Shown here: positions 32,923-43,300 of the stretch, one piece after another
Layout: each line of letters opens with the position of its first letter
Position numbering within the stretch: position 1 is the stretch's first letter
Translations under genes and position numbers: made by a program
Notes under the pieces: generated by a model
The model's input: the letters and a program-made list of their open reading frames with translations, nothing else
Told to the model about the DNA's origin: nothing
Databases searched by the model: none
NCBI RefSeq assembly: GCF_000281045.1
Contig: NW_008246080.1
Location: forward strand, 319,844 to 383,843
Direction of reading: 5' to 3'
Source: Saprolegnia diclina VS20
Taxonomy: Eukaryota
DNA length: 64,000 bases

Positions 32923-35900
32923 ATGACTCAGATCCATGAAGACGCGCCAGCGCGTGGCCCAACGCTCCAGCGTCTTCGATGGACGCACCAGATCGCGGGG
33001 CTTGTCTACATGTACCTCTCCCTTGCCACGGGGCTCTACTACGTGTACGTGCTCACGCCGACGTTTGGGAACGATCTCTGGTGGGCCAACTACAATGTGA
33101 GTGGCCACCAGTCCTTCCTCGTCGACGTCGTCAACCGAGCACTCGCCACATCACGCAACGGCAGCCTCGACCTCTTTGCTCCGGCTAGTGCCATGCGCAA
33201 GACGTATACATCGCTCGTACCAACGACGTCCATCTACCACACATATCCGTGGCGCGTCATTCTCAGCGAGTTTGTCACGATCGAGTACGCCGTGGCCAAC
33301 CTCCGGACGATCTCGGCGTCGTGGAGCATGCGCATGATGACGCAATACTGCTGGGTCGACTTTGAGAAGCGGTGGGAGGTCGCCCACACGGCCAAGCGCG
33401 TCGCTCGGTGCCACGCCCAGTATACCACCAACGGTGCCGCATACCTCGAAACCGTCCTTCGCAATGTCGTGTGGGACGACTTTCTCGCAACGTGGTGCGG
33501 TCCCGCGAACGAATTCACCGTCGCGGTCCAAGACGCGCTGCTCGAGACGAGTGCGGGTGTCGCATGGCTCGACGCGACGGCCGTTGCGCGCGACACGACG
33601 TCGATTGACGACGAGAAGGCCTACTGGCGGCAGCACCGCATAACGTATTTTCAGCTGCAGTGGGCCAACCGGCGCGGGCCCGGAATCACCGAGTCGATGG
33701 TGCTCACGAACGCGCTCGGCATCGAGCAAGTCGTGACGTTGAAGAACATGGACATGCCCACGGGCCCGTGGTCGTCGCAGATCATGTACTGGCGCTTCAT
33801 CAACGACATTTTCGTGCTCCAGACGCACAACCGGAGCTTGGTGCGGCAGTCGCCGAATCATTTTGAGCGGAATTTCTCGACCATGCCGGCGTTGGATTTG
33901 GAAGTTTACCAAGGACTCTGTACCGCGGCCTTGGGCTGCGTCGGCGCCATCAACCTCCTGCACACCCAACTCGGACCGTTCTTGAGCGTCGACATGTTTT
34001 ACATGGGTGTGCCACACGCCTTGCGTGATGCATACGCTGCCTACAACGCCGTACTGCAACCGCTGCTCGTGTACAATGAGAGCGCTCGAGCGCTCTACGA
34101 CGCCGTCCCCGAGCTTGTCGTCGCACCGACACCGCCGTCGTGGCGGCAGCCGAATTGGACCTTCTACGGGGGTAATCCCATGTGTGTTCGACGCAAAGGC
34201 TCGTCGTACGTGCAGCAGTCGTTCGACTTTTCCGACGCGTGCAGCGGGACGCCGCCGCTCACGGTGTCCTTCTCCAAGGACGCAGCGGTATTTGCGCTGC
34301 TACTACACTCCTCGTCCGTGTCCAAGGCGGACATTTGTGCGTTGACCACGTCCCAACGTGCGTGCACCGAATTTCTTTCAAGCGCCCAAGCGTTAGCGAC
34401 ATGTTTGCCACAGATACCAGACGCGGACGCGGTCGACGCCGCCATGTTGTCAGCGTCCGTGTCCTTTCTGCAACTGGCGACCAACGCATCGTCCAACTGG
34501 ATGCTACTGTATCAACCGCTCCTCGACGCGTCGTCGCCAGCCTGGTCGTTCTTTGGACGCGTGTGCTTCTTTGACTATATCATTGGTCGGCGCGAGGTCG
34601 TGTCGTTCCAAGGTGACGTCTCGAACGCGACAATCATGTCCAACGCGTACGCTGCGGTGGCATATTCAACCGGCCAGGATGAAGCGTCACTCAAGAAATC
34701 GACGCGCCTCGTCATCTATTTTGTCATGTATACGAGTGCGATGGTCACTGGTGTTGTCGGCCTCGCGTCGCTCTATGCAATCTCGAGCCGACTGCACTTT
34801 GTCGGACGCAACCTCTTGTACTTTAACCGGATCGTCGGTTCGGTCTGGCTCGGGCGACCATTGCAGTGGCTTCGGGGCGTCACGGCGCTTTGCATGCTCA
34901 GCACGGCGCCCGTCGAGCTCGTCTTGGAGCATGGATACACGCGGCTGGCGCAGGCACCGCGATCCCTATTCATGAGTGCGATCGTGACGGGCGAGGCGAC
35001 GTGGATCATCTACGTCATCAACGACATTCTCTTGCTCGTGTTTTCGCCGGAAATGACGCGTTTGTTTGCTCCGCTGAGCAGCCTTGGTGTGTGGGTGGCG
35101 CTCTTCGCCGTCGATGTCGCGGCACCGCTTTCCGTGACAGCGACACTCAACCGCGCATGTTATAGCACCGACATGGACTACTACCTCTACTGCGAGAGCG
35201 CGGCGATTGCGGTTGGCAGCTCCATGCGGCTAACGTGCCTTGTTGGCATCCAAGGCGTTGGCGTCCTGGCCGCCGTTGTCATTGCGTGGCTCTATGACCG
35301 GTCGCGACGCGGCGCCGAGCTCCTTGGGGGGCCGTCCCCCCCGCTCTCGGTCGCCGGCGTCTGCACCGTGTACACGACGTCGATCCTCGCCCACGCGTGG
35401 CGCATGGACACGGTCGTGAGTGTCCTCTCGGGCATGATTCCGCTGCGCCTCGAGTCCGAACACTACCTCTTTGACATCAAGTCGTGGAGCTGGATTGTCG
35501 ACACGATCACGCACGAGCGGGCGGCACCGATTGCGCCGTTGATGGCCCCCCGAACCGCCAGTCTTCCGGTGCAAGCGTCGCTCGAGGTGCAAGCCAAGCG
35601 ATCGCGGGCGAGCCTGCTCGCTGTGCTCTTTGGCTTGACGTATATGGTCACTTCGATTCTCGGGAGTGTTTCGTACATTGCTGTGTCCGAGACGGACCTC
35701 GCGAACGACATTTGGTGGGCGACCTTCAACATCACGGGCACACACGTGTTTCTAGCCAACTGGTTCAACGGGCAGCTCTATATGGGCGCAGAGCTCCCGA
35801 GCTTTAGCCTTGCGAGCCCCAATATTTCACAGCTGGGGTCGTTTGAGTCGTCGACATCTGTGTTTGTGCTCTCGGCCGACAACTTTGGCTCGAATCTCCA

Positions 35901-38292
35901 GCACACGCAGCTCAACACGCTACCTACCATCATTGCCGGTCTGCGATCGATGGACGCCTGCACCCACGCACCGTGGATCTTTACGCAGTACTGCTTCCTC
36001 GACTTTCAACAGACATGGCCCATGGCCAACTCGGCGCGGCGCCAGGAACGCTGTGCCAGCATGACGACCAACGGCGCCGTCTACCTCGAGAGCCTGCTTC
36101 GCAACGTCAACTGGGACGACTGGCAGCCGTGCTGGGGCCCCGCCTTCCAGATTGCTATTGCCAACGACCTCCAGACATCTTTGGACGGTCAGCGCTGGCT
36201 ACACCAGATGCAAGCACAAAATCCCTTGTCGATTGCAGATGAAGCGACCTACTGGCGTACGTTTGACATCGCAACCTACGATGTGCAGTGGCAAAACTAC
36301 AAGCAAATCGGGCTCCTCAGCTCGTACAGCGTCGAGTCGGCGTACGGACTCGTCTTCCCACTCACGCTCCACTCCATCAATGGTTCGTACCGATTCCAGT
36401 CGCAAACGTCGTTCAAGGGGTATTGGGCGCTCGCAAGCGATCTGGCAGCAGTGACTTCCAACACCAGTGGGATTGGCGGCATGTCGCTGCTGCGGTCCAG
36501 CCACCGCTATGCGTTTGCCAATACCTCCATGACCTCTGTGCTCACACGCAACGCGACGCTGAGTGCGCCACTGGCCGGCAGCTTCGTCCTTATCCAAGAT
36601 ATGGTCGGCCCGTTTGGCTCGATCGATATGCTCTACGTTGGTGTCCCCCGCGTGCTCAACATTGACATGATCGACCTGATCAACGCCATTCGCGCTGCGT
36701 CCATGGCGTCCGACGCATCCCAGCGTGCCTACGCCAGCCTCATCGTGCCCGACTCCATGTATGTGACGCCTGGCATCTGGCTCTACTCCAAGTGGATCTC
36801 GTTCGGGGGCTCGCCGCTCTGTGCTGATATTGGCCTTTCGACTGGTATTGCTGTCACATCTGGTATGTTGAACCTGCTCTCGTCCAACAAGCCGTGCTCG
36901 TTGTCCCGTGGCCAAGCACGCAGCGGGCCAACCACCGAGTTTATGGTCGTCGCGACCATCATGGCGTCGTTGACGCGAAATAGCAACTTTACCGGCATCT
37001 GCGAGCTCGACACGGCGTCGACGAGCCACTGTGTGCCTGATATGCTCGCGACCGTCGAGTTTGTTCGCATCTACATGCCGTCCATCAATGGGCCGTCCAT
37101 CGCCGCGTCCAGAGCCCGTGTGCAGCAGCTGCACATTCAGCTGATTCAGTTTATGCGGCGCAACTTGTCGTCGCCGCTGTTTCTCACATCGTACGAGCTC
37201 TCGGAAACGCCCGATGACTTTGCGTTTGCTTCGTGGATTCTTCTCATGGAGTGGATCGCGGGCGTGCGCGAAGTCGTCCAACTAGTTGGGGATCACGGCA
37301 CGCTCACGGTCCTCGGCGAATTGCTCTTACCGGCGCAGCAGAAAGTGCACCCGTACGAGATCCCGACGTCCGGCGCGACGTATGCTCGTGCCGCGGTCCA
37401 GTACATCACTGCGGTCGTCATTCTCGTCGCGGGTCTCACGGTTGCCTACATCATCACGAGCCGCGGACGCATCGAAGGCCGCAACATGTTCTCACTTGGT
37501 AGCGTCGGCGGCGTGGTGTGGATTGGCCGACCGCTGCTCTTTCTTCGGAGCATCACGGCCATTGGCATTCTATCTACCGGGACGCTCTCCCTCGAGTTCA
37601 ACGGCTACTTGAGCTACCTGCACGTGTCGGTGACGCCGTGGTACCAGACGCTCATTGAAGCGAACGAGCTCACGTGGCTGGCGGCCGTTGTCAACGACAT
37701 TTTCATTGCGTACACGCGTGAGTACAACCGATACTACAACGCGATCAACATTGCGCTTGTGTGGCTTGTCGCGGGCTGCGTGAGCTTGCGCCACCCCGCG
37801 CACCATGTAGCGTCAATGCAGCGCGCGGTCGACTCGTGCGACGTTGTCGAAGTTGACTTTCAGATGGTATGTCGCAGCGTTCAGATTCAGATTGGGCAGT
37901 TTTCCCGCTTGCTATTGCTGATTGGGATCGTGTTTGCTGTCAAGCTCTTTTGTTATGTGGTGACGCGACTTTATATTGGCGAGCCGACACCGGCCCGCGC
38001 CCAATCGATCGTGCTCTACGCCGGCGCCAAATTTCTATTTCGCCACAAAACGTGGATCTACCATGATGTCTACTACTTGGACCGCGCGTCGGCGCTCTTG
38101 AATGGTATGGTCACGCTGCGCTGGCGCGAAGCGCTCTATGTACTCGATATCAAGACGTGGCGCGTCTTTGGCGTCGACATGGATCGTGTGCCCGCCAACG
38201 CGGGACGACATGTACGGGGCGCCATCCCGCTCCAAAACTCGACCGACCGCGACAGCTCGTTTCTGCCCGTGGGTCCCTTGGCCAAGCCGTGA
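32923..38292 (+). CDS. Large (~1790 aa) multi-pass membrane protein made of two homologous halves (NDxWW family)
   Basis: Single-exon ORF. Each half: TM-ND(L/I)WW...QYC(W/F).DF...GA.YLE..LRNV.W...QW.N...GPF.S.D...GG.P.C...REVV...GD...GRN...VW.GRP...E.TW...TM cluster...DIK.W. Confidence 0.85.
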   Translation: MTQIHEDAPARGPTLQRLRWTHQIAGLVYMYLSLATGLYYVYVLTPTFGNDLWWANYNVSGHQSFLVDVVNRALATSRNGSLDLFAPASAMRKTYTSLVPTTSIYHTYPWRVILSEFVTIEYAVANLRTISASWSMRMMTQYCWVDFEKRWEVAHTAKRVARCHAQYTTNGAAYLETVLRNVVWDDFLATWCGPANEFTVAVQDALLETSAGVAWLDATAVARDTTSIDDEKAYWRQHRITYFQLQWANRRGPGITESMVLTNALGIEQVVTLKNMDMPTGPWSSQIMYWRFINDIFVLQTHNRSLVRQSPNHFERNFSTMPALDLEVYQGLCTAALGCVGAINLLHTQLGPFLSVDMFYMGVPHALRDAYAAYNAVLQPLLVYNESARALYDAVPELVVAPTPPSWRQPNWTFYGGNPMCVRRKGSSYVQQSFDFSDACSGTPPLTVSFSKDAAVFALLLHSSSVSKADICALTTSQRACTEFLSSAQALATCLPQIPDADAVDAAMLSASVSFLQLATNASSNWMLLYQPLLDASSPAWSFFGRVCFFDYIIGRREVVSFQGDVSNATIMSNAYAAVAYSTGQDEASLKKSTRLVIYFVMYTSAMVTGVVGLASLYAISSRLHFVGRNLLYFNRIVGSVWLGRPLQWLRGVTALCMLSTAPVELVLEHGYTRLAQAPRSLFMSAIVTGEATWIIYVINDILLLVFSPEMTRLFAPLSSLGVWVALFAVDVAAPLSVTATLNRACYSTDMDYYLYCESAAIAVGSSMRLTCLVGIQGVGVLAAVVIAWLYDRSRRGAELLGGPSPPLSVAGVCTVYTTSILAHAWRMDTVVSVLSGMIPLRLESEHYLFDIKSWSWIVDTITHERAAPIAPLMAPRTASLPVQASLEVQAKRSRASLLAVLFGLTYMVTSILGSVSYIAVSETDLANDIWWATFNITGTHVFLANWFNGQLYMGAELPSFSLASPNISQLGSFESSTSVFVLSADNFGSNLQHTQLNTLPTIIAGLRSMDACTHAPWIFTQYCFLDFQQTWPMANSARRQERCASMTTNGAVYLESLLRNVNWDDWQPCWGPAFQIAIANDLQTSLDGQRWLHQMQAQNPLSIADEATYWRTFDIATYDVQWQNYKQIGLLSSYSVESAYGLVFPLTLHSINGSYRFQSQTSFKGYWALASDLAAVTSNTSGIGGMSLLRSSHRYAFANTSMTSVLTRNATLSAPLAGSFVLIQDMVGPFGSIDMLYVGVPRVLNIDMIDLINAIRAASMASDASQRAYASLIVPDSMYVTPGIWLYSKWISFGGSPLCADIGLSTGIAVTSGMLNLLSSNKPCSLSRGQARSGPTTEFMVVATIMASLTRNSNFTGICELDTASTSHCVPDMLATVEFVRIYMPSINGPSIAASRARVQQLHIQLIQFMRRNLSSPLFLTSYELSETPDDFAFASWILLMEWIAGVREVVQLVGDHGTLTVLGELLLPAQQKVHPYEIPTSGATYARAAVQYITAVVILVAGLTVAYIITSRGRIEGRNMFSLGSVGGVVWIGRPLLFLRSITAIGILSTGTLSLEFNGYLSYLHVSVTPWYQTLIEANELTWLAAVVNDIFIAYTREYNRYYNAINIALVWLVAGCVSLRHPAHHVASMQRAVDSCDVVEVDFQMVCRSVQIQIGQFSRLLLLIGIVFAVKLFCYVVTRLYIGEPTPARAQSIVLYAGAKFLFRHKTWIYHDVYYLDRASALLNGMVTLRWREALYVLDIKTWRVFGVDMDRVPANAGRHVRGAIPLQNSTDRDSSFLPVGPLAKP

Positions 38293-38564
38293 GAGACCAT
38301 CGACATCCGCTCCTCTCGCTCGCCAGAGAGTCGCTGCTATCGACGGCCCTTCAGAAGCTTCTGCGACCACTCATTTCTGTTAGATAGTATACTGTACAGA
38401 CGTAAACAAGTACATTCGTTATCTTTGTGATTGACGTCATTTTGACAGACGTGGTCGTGGATTGACATTCTTTTCCGTACGAGCCATATGCAAGCGAGAG
38501 CGAAGCCAAAGGTCAGCGAGCACTGCTATGGGTTCCGCATGGGCGGCATACGTGAAGGCACTGC

Positions 38565-39410
38565 TCATGACGCGTCGGGCGTCGGGTGCGGGATCGCACA
38601 GGCAACTGTCGTCGTCGCCAGCATCTCGAGGACGTCAGCCGTCAACGCGATCGGCAGCAGACACAGCGCGTCACCAAAGTAGCCAAAAGTGTCGTCACCG
38701 CAGTCGGTTTGTACATACATACTGGTGGCCGTCGGTGCACACGCCCCGTCCCAGACGACCTCGGTGAACGTCGGGTGCGTCAGCACCATGTACGTGGCGT
38801 TCCACTCAAAGCTGCGGTGGCTCAGCGGTGGGTTGAGAAGCGAGCTACTGACGCAAGCATCCTTGGAGTCAGAAGGCGTGGCGATCCAGTCCAAAAGCGG
38901 AATCGAGGCCATCGCGTACAGCGAGAGTCCTTCGTCGCAGCCCGCGATGAACGACTGGTACGTCTCAAGCGTCGCTGGTGGCGTGAGCGGTGTGGGGTGG
39001 AGGACGTCGCACGTCACGTTGACATCCATCGTAGTCGCCGTCACCACCGGCACACTGCAGTTCCAGTCGGCGTAATAAGTTACCGAGCCGTCTGCGCAGT
39101 CGGCAAAGACACTTGTGGACGCTTCGTAGTCGGTCGTATTGAGAAAGGCCGTCATACACACGTTGGCGACCACGACTTCGGCGAACGCATCGTGCTCGAT
39201 CGTGGCATACGCGACGTTGGAGAGGTACGATGCTTGGGACGTCCAGACGTCGGTGCACACCGTATCGACGTCCATCGTGGTGTTGTACGCGGGCACATCG
39301 CCGACGAACGGGGCGTTGGTGGCGTAGTCCCACACAACAGTTGCCGTGTAGTAGACCCCGACGCCGCAATCGACGTCGAAGAAACCGATCGCTTGACGTG
39401 CGCTGCCCAT
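38565..39410 (-). CDS. Cys-rich repeat protein paralogue (2 repeats) ending before its TM anchor; soluble or decaying copy
   Basis: Same repeat (YATI...EVVVANVC...ADC..YYADWNC; YMVL...EVVWDGAC...TDC...FGYFGDALC). TGA at 38565; an in-frame TM-like remnant follows two stops. TCATTT lies 11 nt before the ATG, as in paralogue 1. Confidence 0.7.
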   Translation of the reverse strand: MGSARQAIGFFDVDCGVGVYYTATVVWDYATNAPFVGDVPAYNTTMDVDTVCTDVWTSQASYLSNVAYATIEHDAFAEVVVANVCMTAFLNTTDYEASTSVFADCADGSVTYYADWNCSVPVVTATTMDVNVTCDVLHPTPLTPPATLETYQSFIAGCDEGLSLYAMASIPLLDWIATPSDSKDACVSSSLLNPPLSHRSFEWNATYMVLTHPTFTEVVWDGACAPTATSMYVQTDCGDDTFGYFGDALCLLPIALTADVLEMLATTTVACAIPHPTPDAS

Positions 39411-39742
39411 GAAAAGAGTCGAAATGACTCGATCGGCGCGCAATCTAGAAGCCTCTTGAAACTGGCGCACGCACGCAAAATTTGTGCTTCAGGGTGCCAC
39501 GACCAACAGCCGTTGTATCTTGAGCCAATAGCGTGGCCGTGGCCGTGACGCGCTGTCGTGGTCGTCGCCGCACGTTGGAATTTGCACTTTTTACTAATAC
39601 TCGAAAGTGCTCTACTAGCCTCGCTAAATCAAACACAATCCAGCCAGGCTCCAAGCTCTCGGAGACAGCACTGCGCTACCGGGTTCCTCCTACGCTATAG
39701 AGCGCACAGGCTTTGACACCGTGCGGTCGCTTATTTTCGGCA

Positions 39743-39790
39743 TATGCCGTAATTTGTATGGTGCGGTATGCCGCAATTTGTATGGTGCAG
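39743..39790. repeat. 24-bp tandem duplication x2
   Basis: tatgccgtaatttgtatggtgcgg / tatgccgcaatttgtatggtgcag. Confidence 0.85.
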
Positions 39791-40338
39791 TTTACAACAA
39801 ATCCTTGCAGGCATTTGATACCACGCGCGTTGGCATACAGCCTCTTTTTAGCTAGAGAAAGCACCCCCAAAATATCTCAGCGATTTGAGAAGATCGCAAT
39901 TCGATTTGGGATCGACAAGCCTCACAGCGGTTCATGACCAAAATGTAGAAACTTGTGGAGAATGCTGGGATCGTTTTCAATTGCCCCTGCAAGTTGCTAG
40001 TGATGGACAGAGGTTTAACGTGCTAGCATTTCTAAGCGCGGGGCGATTTGCAATGACTGGATTAGAATAACGTGGCATTTTCGATATCACGGACTATGCA
40101 CGGTGCCACAACGTGGGATCATTTGAGTGGCCCAGGACAAGGGAGTCCAGAAGTATGAAAGCTCAAAAGCGCTATACTTGGCTCGCGTTGAATATGTAGA
40201 GGGATTTACCACGCGAATTATGAGCCCATTAGGGCTGGGTGAACGTTTCACTAGTGGTAAGAAATGAAATTGTCCTATTACTAGCAGATGGTTTGCAGAA
40301 TTAATTTAGCGTCAAGGCGCTTCCACCATGTGGCGATA

Positions 40339-43300
40339 CTAGAGCAGCGGCGCGTTATCGTCACTGAGGGTGTTTGACGCGTGGGCTGTCGCCAACCGAC
40401 GCTCGACTGCCTGCTGGAGCTCGTTGAATGTCGTTGCCGGCACACTCTCGCCTTGCACGAGCCGTTCGATCGTTTCGATCACGTCCGGGTACTCGAGGAG
40501 GAGCCAGCGCAGTGCCTGCGGACTCTGCGGCGTCAAAAACTCGTGGGCGATCTCGATGCTACGGCGCTTCCGCCGCACCTTGGCTGGCGCGAGCACAAGA
40601 CCACGAATCGACTCGTCTCGAATGGACTTGAAGCCTTCGACAGCTTGCCAAAAGCAGATCTCGGCCGACTTGCGCCCAAGGAGACTGCGCGCAACCGCAG
40701 TGTCGACGCCACCCATCGACGGTCGAGGTAGCTCTGGCACGCTCCCACTTGATGGGATCGTGATGGCGTCCCGCCGCAGCGGTGTCGCCGTGAGGTACGT
40801 TCCCGGGTACAACTCTGCGTACGCTGCTTGGATGGCCGACGGCAACGGTTTGGCCGTAAAGGCAGCCCATACCTTGGACTTGTCGTCGTTGGACATGGTC
40901 TCCTGCTGCAACGTCTCGGGGGCCACGCAGGGGAAGAGCGACGCCGGCGTCACTGTCGGTGGCGGTCGCAACTGCGAACCGCAAAGAACAACATTGGAGA
41001 GCGCCGGAAGCGCCGGGGCCGTGTCCACGACTGGAGGATTGTTGAAGGGTCGAGTCTCCCGAAGCGTCTTGACCGTGTACTTTGGCGGATCCATCGACAG
41101 GGGCGGACGCCCTGGATCGTTCTCGGGGTTGTACAACAGTTCGATTCGCGCCAGATGCGCCCGGTGCTCGTCGTCTTCGTCGTCTTCGTTGTCCTTGCCG
41201 TCCTCATTTTTGTTGTTGTTGCTGCTGCTGGGCGGTGGAATGTACCGTGGTGGGCTTCTCGGTGCTGGCACCGATGCCGGTGGCTGGTGCAAAGCCGCGA
41301 ATGCTCGCCCGTCGAGGCTAAACGACGTCTCGAGCGCTGGCAGCTGCCGGGGTACACTACGCTTGGTGCGCCACCGACGCTTGGGGTCCCGTCGCTTGAC
41401 GATCGACTCGTCCCGCTGGACGAGCTCATGAAAGAGGCGCATGCGCGGCTCCGAGCTCGAGGAGGCAGTTGAGAGCGGTGCCGCTACGTCCAATTCCGGT
41501 GTGCTCGCGCTACTGCCGAGCGTCGGTCGTGGTGGCCACACGATGCGACTCGCAGGCTTTGGCTGTTGCTGCTTTTGCAGGAGCGCTTCACTGAAGATCG
41601 CAAAGCTCTCGAGGTTGGCCAAGAGATCGCTGGACGTCAGCCCGAGCTCGGCCGAAATCGAGACCCGCGGCGCCGGCGGCGTCATTGGGGGCATACCGAT
41701 GCGCAGCATCAACGGCGTCCGTGGTGCCTCCTCGTTCTCGTCTTCGGTGACACTCGATCGCGCCGACACGGTCGGCGTTTCGCTGTCGTCGCCCCGTGGC
41801 GTTGGCGAACTCGGTGGCGGTGGTAACACCGGTGCAGTCGGTCTCGCCGTCTCGGGACTCTTTGGTGCCGTCATTAACGTCATTGTCGCCGTCACTTCAA
41901 CGAGATCAGGCGACACAACGTCCATCACCGACGGTGCTTGGACCTCGGGCATCTTGGCAGCATCGAAGATTTGTGACTGGCTGCTTTGGGTCACTAGAGT
42001 GGTGTGGCGCCGGCCCACTTTGGAGTTGCTTCGAGCCAACGGGGCGTGCGCGACGGCCTCGACTGGCTTGACGGCGTTGGTTTGAGACTCAAAAACGCGT
42101 GTTTTGAGTGCCAATGTGGTCGCCGACAAGCTTGAAATTGCGCCGTGGGACCGCCAAATCGACTCGATCGCGTCGTCGGCTATCTTGTCGGTCGTCGGTG
42201 TCTCGGTCGTCGCCATCGACGGCCCCGCATCGTAGAACGCCCGCGACGCAAAGTTGCCGAACGTATATTGCATACCTTCAATCGTGCGCGGCTCGCCCAG
42301 CAAAGCGTCTGAAGCCGAGAGTGCTGACCGAATGTGGTGTCGGTCGTCGTCGTCGTTGTCCTCCGTGTCGTGCGACGACGCTGCGTCGGATGCAGCGGCG
42401 CGGGACACCATTGAAATACGCGCCTTCTGGAGCTCCAACCGCTTGCGGTTGGGCCGCGTCTCGGCTTTGGGCCGACGTCGGAGCGTCGGCGTGTTCACCA
42501 AGCGCGTTTCACGACGCGTGCGGTCCATACGGTCCACGTCGGTCGGTGTCGCGGTCCGGTGTGCCATGGTCGCCACTGGGCTGGCTTCGAAAAACACTTC
42601 GCGCTTCTTGGCGTCTTCCGCGTCTTGACGCTCGACGTCCGTAGCGATGATCCGACGCTCTTCCGCAAACAGCAGCATCATGCTTCGCTTGTACGCCTGC
42701 ACGAGGACCGACTCGGCGATCGCACTGTTCGGCGGTGGCACGCGCTTGGGCAAGTGCTTTTGCAGTGCTTGGGACACGAGCGGGCTCACCGTCGTCGATG
42801 ACGCTCGCTCGTCGACACGATTTGTGATTGGCACAGCGGTGAGGGTCAGCGCACTGGGGGGGCGGGCCCGCCCCCCCACATCGTGTATAAGCAACAGCTG
42901 GCACGCTGCGAGGGTTTGATGCAGCACGTGCAGCTGCAAAAGGAGTTTCTTCGCCGTCGTCTTGATGTTGCGGCGTCCGAGGCGGTCGTCCGGACGCCGT
43001 TGCGTGATCTCGTCTAGTAGTGCTCGTCGGCGACCGTCGGCAGTTTGAAAAGTGGTGAATAATGCGTCCATGGTGCTGCCCTGGATGACGAGCATTGCGT
43101 CGAGGACGGCGAATTCATCTTTGGTCCACGTGCGCTGTTCGTTGAGGAGGTCCCGGTAGATGGTTTGGAGTGTCTCGAGCCGCGTCTGCGCTGCTTCCTT
43201 CTTCTTTTGCTGCCGCGAGGCCGCATGGGCACTCAGGAGCGCCTCGTCCACCTGCATCCGCGTCGCGACGAGCTTCTCGACGGCGTCCCCCGCAGTCGTT

